Source of the DNA: an uncultured Pseudomonadota bacterium
GTDB lineage: Bacteria; Pseudomonadota; Gammaproteobacteria; DASZBR01
Length of the DNA: 64,000 nucleotides
Assembly (NCBI GenBank): GCA_963712965.1
Contig: CAVQJZ010000007.1
Location: 134,015 to 198,014, forward strand
Direction: 5' to 3'
In this document: piece after piece, positions 19,806-29,218 of the stretch
How positions within the stretch are numbered: position 1 is the stretch's first letter
How the letters are laid out: every line of letters starts with the position of its first letter
The notes under the pieces: model-generated
Told to the model about the DNA's origin: nothing
The model's input: the letters and a program-made list of their open reading frames with translations, nothing else
Databases searched by the model: none
Program-made: the position numbers and the translations under genes

Positions 19806-20957
19806 CCCTGCATCTTTATCAGCATTTTTTGCACTCGCTAATAATAATTTATAATCGCGTTGTGAAATAATGCCTTCTTTAAATCTTCTTTCAGCATCGA
19901 CTTCCATCGGCTGACCACGTTCTTTTAATAAACGCCGAGTAACTGCTGTCACCTCATCCAAATCTGCTTCTAATAAAACATCACGCGTCTTATCATCAAA
20001 AATTAAATACTCACGTAACGCTACACGTTTGCCATCTACCGTCGGCACTAATTTTTGCCAAATGGCTAAACGAATCGTTTCTAAAATATCGATCGTTCGA
20101 CCATGACGTTCTTCCGCTGGAAATGTCGTCACCAAACGACGCACGGCTTCTGCTACACCATTACTGTGTAGCGTGGTGTAAACCGGATGGCCGGTTAATG
20201 CTGCTTCTAATACAGCGCTCATGGTTTCTTGATCACGCGCTTCACCCACTAAAATTAATCGCGGTTTACGACGCAGTGCGTTGCGTACCCCAGCAGCAAA
20301 TGAAGGTAAATGACGAGGAATTTCGGTTTGACTGACAATCGAATTTGGCATTTGAATTCCGTCGTACACAAATTCAATTGGCGCTTCATAGGTTAATACT
20401 TTGCGATGACTCTCATTATTTTCCACCAAATTACGAATAATCGATGCGAGCAATGTACTTTTACCTGAGCCTGTTGCACCAGTGATGTAAACCACACCTT
20501 GATAAGGAGCAACTGCTGCCAAAATATCTGGCGGCAAATCCATTTCTTCTAAATGGGGTGGCATACTCGGAATAGTACGCAATGTAATTTGAATTGCATC
20601 ATGCCCTTCCACCATACAACCTGTGGCATTCACACGATAACGAAAACGTTCGCCACGACTTGGGCGAACTTCATAATGCGTATCGACATCCACGCCATTT
20701 AAAATTTGCGCGGTACCATTTGGGCCATAAATAGCATTTAATACTTCGCCTACTTCGGTATTGGATAATTTACGATGCGTAATTCGATGCAACCTGCCAT
20801 AAATTTCTGCATAAATTGGCTCGCCGGTTTGCAATGTAATATCAGACGCACCTAATTGTTGTGTAAATGCCAACATGCGATCTGTTTCTGCAGGCGTGAA
20901 ACGCAAAGGCTCATTCGACAATAAATAATTTTCATTTAATTCACTGACCTTGCTCAT
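19797..20957 (-). CDS. dotB: Dot/Icm hexameric ATPase DotB (PilT/VirB11-like)
   Basis: 386 aa from MSKVSELNEN. Walker A GATGSGKST. ATGA overlap with the dotC stop. Confidence 0.93.
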   Translation of the reverse strand: MSKVSELNENYLLSNEPLRFTPAETDRMLAFTQQLGASDITLQTGEPIYAEIYGRLHRITHRKLSNTEVGEVLNAIYGPNGTAQILNGVDVDTHYEVRPSRGERFRYRVNATGCMVEGHDAIQITLRTIPSMPPHLEEMDLPPDILAAVAPYQGVVYITGATGSGKSTLLASIIRNLVENNESHRKVLTYEAPIEFVYDGIQMPNSIVSQTEIPRHLPSFAAGVRNALRRKPRLILVGEARDQETMSAVLEAALTGHPVYTTLHSNGVAEAVRRLVTTFPAEERHGRTIDILETIRLAIWQKLVPTVDGKRVALREYLIFDDKTRDVLLEADLDEVTAVTRRLLKERGQPMEVDAERRFKEGIISQRDYKLLLASAKNADKDAGLA

Positions 20958-21784
20958 TGTTGTTCCGTCCGTAACGCAGGATTCCATTGTTGGCTATTGG
21001 ATTGCAATGCAGGCAATGCGGTAATACGCAGTATTTGATCGTTAATATTTAAGCTTGATCCGCCACCTGTCACACCTAAGTTCGTTTTAGCAACAAACGG
21101 CGCGCTGACCATATTTTGTGCGCGCAAATTACGATAGAGCAACATGCCGTTATAATCTCTTTCTAAACGCGAAAGATTTTGCGCATAAATTTCATTTGCT
21201 TGTTGAATCCCTTCTTTCCAACCTTTGTCGATTAATTCTTTCCACAATTTCACTTCTTGTGGTGTTTGCGGCAAAACACTTTTATCTGGCACAGCTGGCA
21301 ATGGATAATGCATCCATAAATAATCACGCCATGTGGGCGGTGTGGTGACAAATTGTGCTTGGCTAATAATTTCATACGCACGATCCGCTAAACGAATCGT
21401 ATCTGGCCCATCAAGATTTAACGTTTGACGCGCTTCGGTTAATACGGGTGGCAAAATATTATGTGGCAATAAAAGTGCACCAAAATTATAAATGCGATCT
21501 AATTGTGAACTACGCTCTTCTAACGTTTGATTAACTTCAGCGGCACGCCAATGCAAACCTGATTGCGCACCAATGCTCATGGCGGTTTCTTTTAATGCGG
21601 CTTCACGCATTGAACTAATGACATCTACTTTTTTCTTAACTGTTGGCGGAGAGGAATGCAAATCCTTCAAACCCTCCAATGTAGCCGTATTGCCTTTGCT
21701 GTCATCGAAATGAGTTTCGGTTGTCGCACATGCTGTCAACCACAAACATCCAGCAATGATTAACAAAATTCGGCCCATAGACAT
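20954..21784 (-). CDS. dotC: Dot/Icm outer-membrane core lipoprotein DotC
   Basis: 276 aa. Lipobox (IAGC/LTAC). dotD-dotC-dotB order. Confidence 0.8.
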   Translation of the reverse strand: MSMGRILLIIAGCLWLTACATTETHFDDSKGNTATLEGLKDLHSSPPTVKKKVDVISSMREAALKETAMSIGAQSGLHWRAAEVNQTLEERSSQLDRIYNFGALLLPHNILPPVLTEARQTLNLDGPDTIRLADRAYEIISQAQFVTTPPTWRDYLWMHYPLPAVPDKSVLPQTPQEVKLWKELIDKGWKEGIQQANEIYAQNLSRLERDYNGMLLYRNLRAQNMVSAPFVAKTNLGVTGGGSSLNINDQILRITALPALQSNSQQWNPALRTEQQ

Positions 21785-21790
21785 AACGTG

Positions 21791-22282
21791 CTAGTTCCTT
21801 GCGTAACGAACTTCGATAATTTTAGCCTGAGGGAGTACTGCAATATTAGCTTGGCTACCACATTGATAATCTGCATCACGCAAAATATAAGCCAGCGGAA
21901 CATTTTTCACATCGAGCGTCACTAAAACGGGAATTGCTGGCGGTACACCCAAAACACGCATTTTATAACCGGCCGCTTGTGCAACTTTTTTGACCAATGG
22001 ACCAACAGGCCCTGACCAATCTAGTGAAGCTAACGTATCCAATCCTGGCTCTGAAGGTTGTGGCAACTGCTTCATCACTAATCCAGGTGTAGTGGCACGT
22101 TGAATGGCCGCTGTATTTAATGATGCTTGGCTTACTGTGCTCGCCGCTTCTGCTAATTTAATTGAGGCATTACTGGTGGCAACAAGCGCTTGTGTTTTTT
22201 GTTGATTGCTTGCGCAACTGGTTAATAACAATCCTGATACAACAACGGCAACTAGTCGTTTGATATCCATAACACTCTTCAA
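21791..22282 (-). CDS. dotD: Dot/Icm outer-membrane core lipoprotein DotD
   Basis: 163 aa (the same length as L. pneumophila DotD as I recall). Lipobox LLTSC. First gene of dotDCB. Confidence 0.8.
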   Translation of the reverse strand: MKSVMDIKRLVAVVVSGLLLTSCASNQQKTQALVATSNASIKLAEAASTVSQASLNTAAIQRATTPGLVMKQLPQPSEPGLDTLASLDWSGPVGPLVKKVAQAAGYKMRVLGVPPAIPVLVTLDVKNVPLAYILRDADYQCGSQANIAVLPQAKIIEVRYARN

Positions 22283-22331
22283 TGGGGGAAAGTTGAAAAC
22301 CCGAACATTGAAACAAGAAGGGTCACTGATG

Positions 22332-22904
22332 TCAAGGCAAAGTCGGCTGCATTAAATGGTATTGAATTTGTTGTGTTTTACCGCTTTTTAAAATACGCCA
22401 ATGCGCAGGAATTGGCAGAGTTTTTAATTCACGCTCCACTTCGATATAAATAAATGTTTGTGCATGAATTAATTTTTTTTCTTCCAACCATTGCGCGCAT
22501 TCTTTTAATAACGATTGATGAAAAGGCGGATCTAAAAAAACAATATCGAACGGTTCTTCTGATGACAGCGCTAACCCTTGCGGCACATTGGTTTCATAAA
22601 TAGCAATGTTGTTTGCTTGCAACGCTAAACTATTCGCACGCAATTGTTGAACGACCACAGGTGATTTATCTGCCATCACAACGTATTTAGCACCACGCGA
22701 TAACGCTTCGAAACTTAATGCACCACTGCCCGCAAATAAATCCAAACAATTAGCATCCACAATATAAGGCGCTAACCAATTAAATAATGTTTCGCGCACA
22801 CGATCGGGCGTGGGTCGTACTTCTTCTAATGCAGGAAAATTAATTTTGCGACCGCGCCACTGGCCACCGATGATTCGTACTTGGGATAAATTTTGTTTAG
22901 ACAT
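22332..22904 (-). CDS. rsmD: 16S rRNA (guanine966-N2)-methyltransferase
   Basis: 190 aa. RIIGGQWRGRKINFP, DLFAGSGALSFEALSRGA, FLDPPF. Confidence 0.9.
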   Translation of the reverse strand: MSKQNLSQVRIIGGQWRGRKINFPALEEVRPTPDRVRETLFNWLAPYIVDANCLDLFAGSGALSFEALSRGAKYVVMADKSPVVVQQLRANSLALQANNIAIYETNVPQGLALSSEEPFDIVFLDPPFHQSLLKECAQWLEEKKLIHAQTFIYIEVERELKTLPIPAHWRILKSGKTQQIQYHLMQPTLP

Positions 22905-23119
22905 TAATGTTGCGTAGAAATACCACGATGAATTTCTTCGACCTGCTCAACAGAAAGTCCAGTCACGCTTGTAATAAAATCAATTGTTGAACCACTGTGT
23001 AATAGACGAACAGCCACTTCATGCATGCCCTCAACACGGCCTTTTTCTATGCCTTCTTGCAGACCAGCTAAGTGGCCTTGCTGTATACCTTCAGCTCTCA
23101 ACATATCGGCGAGTGTCAT
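22904..23119 (-). CDS. Possible intragenic RpnS-like small protein (71 aa), in frame with the Rpn C-terminus
   Basis: Internal ATG at 23119-23117 preceded by AGGAG with 8-nt spacing (TTAGGAGAAAAAGCCATG, read on the minus strand). E. coli Rpn genes are reported to encode such an internal antitoxin. Confidence 0.3.
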   Translation of the reverse strand: MTLADMLRAEGIQQGHLAGLQEGIEKGRVEGMHEVAVRLLHSGSTIDFITSVTGLSVEQVEEIHRGISTQH

Positions 23120-23866
23120 GGCTTTTTCTCCTAAAGGTGGCGATAACGCAGTTGTTAATTCAGCTAAAAATTCGGATTTACTCTTAATCTCAGCCGTACT
23201 AACGACATATTTCAGTATAGCTAATACATAATCTTCTGAACCATTATTTTCTAAATAGTTAATCAGGTCAACGACTTGCTTGATTTTGGGGATGATATCT
23301 CTGGCAAACACATGTTTCATCATGAACTCCATTAAGCCTGCCCATTGATGTGAGCGTAGCTCTTCATCAGGAATTTGAGTCAGATCGATCAATTGGAATG
23401 GATTAGAAAAAAGCTCTTTTGCTAAAGCCGCATGAGGACCAAAAAGATCGAACAAGCTAGTTGAGTAAGGATAAGGTTGTTTGCCATTGAAAAAGATCAT
23501 GGGATAAACTACTGGCAACACATCTGTTTTTTGTTCTTTTAAGTGCTGTTCAATAATACGCAGAGTATATTTAAGTAAGCGAAAAGGCATTAAGACTTGT
23601 GCCTGGGATTGGTGTTCCACCAACACATAAAGATAACCCTGTTCATCACCCAAAAAATCCACAGAGTAAAGCATGTCAGTCATGCTGTTGCGCAGTTCTT
23701 GATCGATATAACTTTCTTTGCGGATAGCCAATGACGACAAATCAATTTTATCGCGAAGATAAGCAGGCAGGTGATGGGTAAAGAAATCTTTGGCTACATT
23801 AAGATTCGACATGACGTGTTTAAACACTTTGTCGTGTGGCGAAGCAATTTTATTATTGTTGCTCAT
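22904..23866 (-). CDS. Rpn-family recombination-promoting nuclease / putative transposase (PD-(D/E)xK, YhgA-like)
   Basis: 320 aa. HDKVFKHVMSN...AKDFF..HLP......DLSSL......YIDQELR...DMLYSV......YLYVLVEHQS is the typical Rpn/Transposase_31 N-terminus. Confidence 0.85.
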   Translation of the reverse strand: MSNNNKIASPHDKVFKHVMSNLNVAKDFFTHHLPAYLRDKIDLSSLAIRKESYIDQELRNSMTDMLYSVDFLGDEQGYLYVLVEHQSQAQVLMPFRLLKYTLRIIEQHLKEQKTDVLPVVYPMIFFNGKQPYPYSTSLFDLFGPHAALAKELFSNPFQLIDLTQIPDEELRSHQWAGLMEFMMKHVFARDIIPKIKQVVDLINYLENNGSEDYVLAILKYVVSTAEIKSKSEFLAELTTALSPPLGEKAMTLADMLRAEGIQQGHLAGLQEGIEKGRVEGMHEVAVRLLHSGSTIDFITSVTGLSVEQVEEIHRGISTQH

Positions 23867-23929
23867 ACATTTTCTCGTTTTAATTAGTAAAAAAATAAAT
23901 TACCTTATTTTAGTATTGTTGTAAAACAT

Positions 23930-25417
23930 TTAATTAGCGCAAACTCGATTTACCGCTTGTTGCCAACCTCGATAATATTTCTCACGCAGCGCTTTTTGCA
24001 TTTGCGGTGTAAATACATGTTCGCATTGCCAATGTTTGGCAATATCGTCAAGTGACGAAAAAATACCCACGCCAAGACCCGCTAACATAGCAGCACCTTG
24101 CGCACTAATTTCGGTAATGACTGGACGCTCCACGCGAATATCGACAATATCGGCTAAAAATTGCATTAACCAATTATTTTTTACCATACCACCATCAACA
24201 CGCAATGTTGTAAAAGTAATGCCAGAATCTTTCATCATCGCTTGCATTAAATCACGTGTTTGGTAACACACCGCCTCCAACGCCGCGCGCACAATATGTC
24301 CAACATTTGTTTCGCGTGTTAATCCTAAAATAGCACCGCGTGCTAAAGGATCCCAATAAGGCGCGCCTAACCCTGTAAATGCTGGCACTAAATAAACACC
24401 GCCATTATCATCAACTGTCAGCGCTAATTTTTCAGATTCTTGTGCGTGATCCATCAAACGCAGCGTATCACGCAACCAAAGCACTGCTGCACCGGCCACA
24501 AAAATACTACCTTCAAGCGCATAAGAAGTTTGTTTGTTAATACGATATGCAATTGTTGTTAATAAACGATTGTTGGAATTAACTGCTTTATCGCCGGTAT
24601 TTAACAAGACGAAACAACCCGTGCCATAGGTACTTTTAATCATGCCGGGTTTAAAACAACTCTGGCCAAAAGCAGCGGCTTGTTGATCCCCCGCCACCCC
24701 AGTAATAGGAATGGCTACACCAAAAATTGCTGGATCGGTAAATCCAAACTCAGCTTGGTTATCCAATACATCTGGCAATAATGCAGCAGGAATACGAAAT
24801 AAACGCAATAATTCTTCATCCCATTGCTGGGTGTGAATATTAAATAACAACGTGCGCGATGCATTAGTAATATCGGTTACATGACGTGTGCCGCCCGTTA
24901 AACGCCACAATAAAAAACTATCAATCGTGCCAAATGCTAATTCACCACGTTCTGCCATGATGCGCGCATTTGGCACATGCTCTAAAAGCCAGGCAATTTT
25001 AGTCGCGGAAAAATAAGGATCTAACAATAATCCGGTGCGCTCTCGCACATCCTCATTCATATTAGCGGAAACTAATGATTGGCATTGTTCGGCGGTGCGC
25101 CTGTCTTGCCACACAATGGCGGGATAAATTAATTGGCCGGTTTTTTTATGCCAAATTAATGTGGTTTCACGTTGATTGGAAATACCTATGGCGGCAATAG
25201 ACGCTGGAGGAATTTTGGCTAACGTCATTGCAATTTTGGCGCTTGCTACGGCATCGCGCCAGATGATTTCAGCATCATGCTCGACCCAGCCTTTGTGTGG
25301 AAATGTTTGTGGTAACTCAATTTGGTGTTGCGAGCAAAGCTTGCCGCTATCGTCAAAAATAATGCTGCGCGTACTGGATGTGCCTTGATCGATTGCCAAA
25401 AGATATCGAGTCATCAT
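23930..25417 (-). CDS. glpK: Glycerol kinase
   Basis: 495 aa from [22 protein letters not shown] kinase motifs. The 31-codon extension in the track ORF runs into the MITE-like repeat. Confidence 0.95.
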   Translation of the reverse strand: MMTRYLLAIDQGTSSTRSIIFDDSGKLCSQHQIELPQTFPHKGWVEHDAEIIWRDAVASAKIAMTLAKIPPASIAAIGISNQRETTLIWHKKTGQLIYPAIVWQDRRTAEQCQSLVSANMNEDVRERTGLLLDPYFSATKIAWLLEHVPNARIMAERGELAFGTIDSFLLWRLTGGTRHVTDITNASRTLLFNIHTQQWDEELLRLFRIPAALLPDVLDNQAEFGFTDPAIFGVAIPITGVAGDQQAAAFGQSCFKPGMIKSTYGTGCFVLLNTGDKAVNSNNRLLTTIAYRINKQTSYALEGSIFVAGAAVLWLRDTLRLMDHAQESEKLALTVDDNGGVYLVPAFTGLGAPYWDPLARGAILGLTRETNVGHIVRAALEAVCYQTRDLMQAMMKDSGITFTTLRVDGGMVKNNWLMQFLADIVDIRVERPVITEISAQGAAMLAGLGVGIFSSLDDIAKHWQCEHVFTPQMQKALREKYYRGWQQAVNRVCAN

Positions 25418-25441
25418 ATTCCTTATGCAAAATATTTTTAC

Positions 25442-25524
25442 GTCATTGCGAGCGCAGCGAAGCAATCTAGTTTTTTCTGGATTGCCACGGCGATTTCGCT
25501 TACGCTTCATCGCCTCGCAATGAC
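25442..25524. mobile_element. MITE-like repeat, family B (11-bp perfect terminal inverted repeats GTCATTGCGAG / CTCGCAATGAC)
   Basis: 83 nt. A second copy in inverted orientation lies at 46768-46849. Confidence 0.65.
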
Positions 25525-25528
25525 AACA

Positions 25529-26419
25529 ATGAGCTTGCTTATGTTACAACGTTTAAAATCTGGATTGGCAAATTTATTCTTAGGCAAAAAAGCCATTGAT
25601 CCCGCGCTCTTCGAAGAAATCGAAACCGTTTTATTACAAGCCGATGTCGGCTTGCCTGCCACACAAAAAATTTTAAAAGATCTTACCGAACAAGTCTCAC
25701 GCAACCAATTACAAGACGCGGATGCATTAATGCACGCCTTAAAACAAAGTCTTGCTGATTTATTAATGCCCTACGCACAACCTTTAGTTATTGCGCCCAC
25801 CATTAAACCGTATGTCATTTTATTTATTGGCGTTAATGGCGCGGGCAAAACAACCTCGATTGGGAAATTAGCCAAACATTTACAACACGATGGCAAAAAA
25901 GTTTTATTAGCCGCGGGCGATACTTTTCGCGCAGCTGCTATTGAACAATTACATGTGTGGGGCGAGCGCAATCATATTCCCGTCATTTCACAACAACATG
26001 GCGCAGACAGTGCGGCTGTTATTTTTGATGCGATGCAAGCAGCGAAAGCCAGAAATATTGATGTTTTATTAGCAGACACTGCTGGGCGTTTACACACACA
26101 ACAACATTTAGTGGAAGAATTAAAAAAAGTAAAGCGTGTCATCACTCGCGCTGATGGTTCTGCGCCTCATGAAGTATTACTCGTCTTAGATGCGGGCATT
26201 GGGCAAAATGCTATCGTGCAAGCAAAACAATTTCATGAAGCATTAGGTGTCACTGGCATCATATTAACCAAATTAGATGGCACGGCCAAAGGTGGCGTTA
26301 TTTTCGCCATTGCTGAACAATTAAAATTACCGATTCGTTTCATTGGCGTCGGTGAAAAAATTGAAGATCTGAAATCGTTTGATGCAAAGACATTTATTGA
26401 TAAATTATTTGAAACGTAA
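25529..26419 (+). CDS. ftsY: Signal recognition particle receptor FtsY (NG domain only)
   Basis: [32 protein letters not shown]. Start is ATG 25529 or 25541; the upstream part of the track ORF is MITE sequence. Confidence 0.92.
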   Translation: MSLLMLQRLKSGLANLFLGKKAIDPALFEEIETVLLQADVGLPATQKILKDLTEQVSRNQLQDADALMHALKQSLADLLMPYAQPLVIAPTIKPYVILFIGVNGAGKTTSIGKLAKHLQHDGKKVLLAAGDTFRAAAIEQLHVWGERNHIPVISQQHGADSAAVIFDAMQAAKARNIDVLLADTAGRLHTQQHLVEELKKVKRVITRADGSAPHEVLLVLDAGIGQNAIVQAKQFHEALGVTGIILTKLDGTAKGGVIFAIAEQLKLPIRFIGVGEKIEDLKSFDAKTFIDKLFET

Positions 26420-26430
26420 AACAACTTGTA

Positions 26431-26453
26431 GGGGCGCACCTATGTGTGCGCCC
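26431..26453. repeat. REP-like GC-rich hairpin GGGGCGCAC-CTATGT-GTGCGCCC
   Basis: 8-9 bp stem 12 nt after the ftsY stop. No T-run, so probably not a classical terminator. Shares the GTAGGGGC core with the element inside rlmL. Confidence 0.45.
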
Positions 26454-26484
26454 AAGTGAAGCAACGCAACTGGAGCGCTAATCG

Positions 26485-28314
26485 ATGGAATCAAAAAGCA
26501 ATGAACAAAACAACAAAGAGAAAGAAAAGGTTAAAAAACCCGTAGAAGAGCTATCTCTCAAGAACCTTTCAGAAGATGAAGATACACAATTTGGTCAATT
26601 AGTAGCGCTTTGGGGAAATGGAAATATTCAAATTTCTGATATTGAAACCAACATTCAAAAAATCAATGTCGAAGCACTAAATATGCTTGCTGTTGCGCTA
26701 GATAATGGGGACCAAAAATTAATAAAAAACAAAGGGGCCGCGATTAACCTGTATCAAATTGCGGCACAACTTGGCTCACTCTGGGCAAAACATAATTTCG
26801 CACTCTTAGCACCCGACGATCAACAGAGAAAAGAGTTTGAAAAACTAAATAAAGATTTAGCAAAAGTGAAAAATCCTGATTCAGTGGATGGATTTTATTA
26901 TATTGCGGGACACACCAACTATGAACTTGGTCATTATGTGGCTGCGCGCAAGCATTTTGAAAAATATTGCGCCCTCCCTGATTCCAAGAAAAATTCTGAT
27001 TGCGAAAAAGAGGCAAAAGACTTTCTGAAAGAATTGTCTCCTGATGCGTTATTAAAAAAAATACTCTTCAACGCTACACCACCTCCACCTATAATACTGA
27101 AAGCACCGTGGATAAATTTAACGGAAGACTTTGATGGTTATGATGACACCGATGAACAAGAAATAGGAGAAGGAGTTTCTACTCTGGCTGTTTCTGAGGA
27201 AACAGGATCTAGTCCTGCTACAACAAACAAAAAAGTTTACGAGTCAGGTGAACGCTTGCCTGAATTAAAGACTCATGATCGCCTTGTCCAAACAGAAAAA
27301 CATTTTTTTTCGCCCGAGCGCACGCGCAGCAAAACAACTTCAGAAATAGCTACTAAACTTCAGAAAAACAGACTTGAAACAGATCAAAGTAAGTTAACCG
27401 AAATAGATGTAACCAATATCTCAACAAGAAAAATGATTGTCGCAGAAGCAGCCGTGCTTAAAGCATCACTTCAATACAATGGAAGAGGCGCTGATAAGAG
27501 TAATACTCCTCTCCAGTGGGGCGGCAAAGAGGAAACTATGACCATCAAAAAATCTAAAGTTAAATACTATCATCAGCCTAAAAATCACTCTAATCATCTT
27601 GGCAATTATCATATGGATGAGATCGGCACATATGACGCGATTTGTGGCGCCTTAATCAGAATTGCCGGCAGCACACCCCAGCAACCAAACATCGAAAATG
27701 AAAAGAAAATGGCTGCATGGATGTTGGAATATATGAAAAATGGAACACCTGTAACCCTTGAAAAGCTACGAGAGATACGCGGAATAGCAACTCAAAATGA
27801 TGCGGATACTTTAGCAAGAATTTTCTATCACTGCTTTGTGAAAGAAATTGCACGCTGGATGATGCCTAGAGATCAAACTCACGAACTTCCATTCGCTATC
27901 GTGCAAGCACGCGCAGTAAAGTTGATTTCACTGGGATTTCTTAATCTCAAGGATGTATTCGATCAAGATGCAGATTACGGTGTATTTACCCTAAGGCCGT
28001 ATGAGAAAAAAGATGTCCCTTGCAAAATTGGAATTGGAGCAGATATAGATCAATCCGATAGCAAAACACTCAAAAAAATACCTCGTATAAACAAGCTGTA
28101 CAACTCATGTGTTTTAGAAGTAAAACCAACTTCTGCTAAACACTACGCTGCTTTTTTCGAAGAGCATCCCAAAGGCAGCTTAGTTATCACTCGCCAAGCA
28201 TTGCACACAGAACTGAAAGAACATTTCGGAGGTATTGATTCTGACTCTGATGGCGAAGGTTACGATTCAGATACAGCGAACGAATTATATCCAGGTGCAT
28301 TTGAATTTAAATAA
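26485..28314 (+). CDS. Orphan 609-aa protein, candidate Dot/Icm substrate
   Basis: Long uninterrupted ORF. N-terminal Sel1/TPR-like helical segment, central Ser/Thr/Lys-rich linker, Asp/Glu/Ser-rich C-terminus (GGIDSDSDGEGYDSDTANELYPGAFEFK). I recognise no catalytic motif. Confidence 0.7.
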   Translation: MESKSNEQNNKEKEKVKKPVEELSLKNLSEDEDTQFGQLVALWGNGNIQISDIETNIQKINVEALNMLAVALDNGDQKLIKNKGAAINLYQIAAQLGSLWAKHNFALLAPDDQQRKEFEKLNKDLAKVKNPDSVDGFYYIAGHTNYELGHYVAARKHFEKYCALPDSKKNSDCEKEAKDFLKELSPDALLKKILFNATPPPPIILKAPWINLTEDFDGYDDTDEQEIGEGVSTLAVSEETGSSPATTNKKVYESGERLPELKTHDRLVQTEKHFFSPERTRSKTTSEIATKLQKNRLETDQSKLTEIDVTNISTRKMIVAEAAVLKASLQYNGRGADKSNTPLQWGGKEETMTIKKSKVKYYHQPKNHSNHLGNYHMDEIGTYDAICGALIRIAGSTPQQPNIENEKKMAAWMLEYMKNGTPVTLEKLREIRGIATQNDADTLARIFYHCFVKEIARWMMPRDQTHELPFAIVQARAVKLISLGFLNLKDVFDQDADYGVFTLRPYEKKDVPCKIGIGADIDQSDSKTLKKIPRINKLYNSCVLEVKPTSAKHYAAFFEEHPKGSLVITRQALHTELKEHFGGIDSDSDGEGYDSDTANELYPGAFEFK

Positions 28315-28437
28315 CCCACTATTTTTTCGCAAACTTTTTCTGAGTACCGTTACCACGCTCATGCTCAAAACTTAGCATAATTATATGCCCATGATTCGAA
28401 GCAGATAGCAGGAATAAAGGGCAATTTCATTGCCTTA

Positions 28438-28851
28438 CTACAAATGCAATTTTCGACAAAACTCGGCTAATGTCAAAATAGGATAGTCCAACTTTAAATC
28501 TAATAAATCTTGATCACCCGTAATAAGATAATCTGCATGGCTTGCAATCAATGTTGCAAGAATAGGCGAATCATTACTATCTGATTCAACATTGACATTA
28601 ATATGCTGTATATCAACAGTGTTTGCCAAAAAACTTAACATTTCGACATAGTTATCAATTTCTTGAATGCTTAACTTCAATCGTTTGGCAATTTTTGGAT
28701 ACATCAAAACACGTTTAAGCTCAGATAAAATTGGTTCGGATAAGGCAATATCAAAATGCGCTTTACGCCATAACGCAACGACACTGCCAGCAGAACTTGC
28801 TGGTAGTAAAAGGCTGGAAATCCAAATATTGGTATCAAGAACGACGAGCAT
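28438..28851 (-). CDS. PIN-domain toxin (PIN_3 / TIGR00305-like)
   Basis: 137 aa. Acidic residues in VLDTN, SELK, SNDSPIL, ITGDQD. 17-nt overlap with the upstream antitoxin gene. Confidence 0.85.
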   Translation of the reverse strand: MLVVLDTNIWISSLLLPASSAGSVVALWRKAHFDIALSEPILSELKRVLMYPKIAKRLKLSIQEIDNYVEMLSFLANTVDIQHINVNVESDSNDSPILATLIASHADYLITGDQDLLDLKLDYPILTLAEFCRKLHL

Positions 28852-29125
28852 TTTTCTTTTTTCTTCTTACTGTGGTTAACGCTTCAGCAATTTCAGCTTC
28901 AGCTAAAGAAATATTTTCGCCTTTATACGCTTCGCCCAGCGCTTCAGTCAATTGATCAAACTGTTCTTTCAAATGACGAATTTTCTCAAACAAATGAATA
29001 TCAACCAAGGCAGCAACCGGTTGCCCGGCTTTAGTAATCACTACGCTGTCATGGCGATAACACACCCCATTGAGCATTTCACCAAATTGTTTTCGCACTG
29101 TCATCGCAGAGGCTTCATGTATCAT
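28835..29125 (-). CDS. Phd/YefM-family antitoxin
   Basis: MTVRKQFGEMLNGV...VVITKAGQPVAALVDIHLFEKI is a typical Phd/YefM N-terminus. Start is 29125 or 29104. Confidence 0.8.
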   Translation of the reverse strand: MIHEASAMTVRKQFGEMLNGVCYRHDSVVITKAGQPVAALVDIHLFEKIRHLKEQFDQLTEALGEAYKGENISLAEAEIAEALTTVRRKKKNARRS

Positions 29126-29218
29126 CTTTCTACTCCATCAATTATATCAATTAGCATAATTATAGTAGGCCATAAATGCTAAGGAAAATCCATAAATTCG
29201 AGATGCGCATTGGTTAAA

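Noticed and set aside
25418-25528. N-terminal extensions of glpK ([24 protein letters not shown]...) and ftsY (...[20 protein letters not shown]...)
   Set aside because: Both are translations of the family-B repeat. Conserved protein N-termini with plausible starts begin at 25417 (glpK) and 25529/25541 (ftsY).
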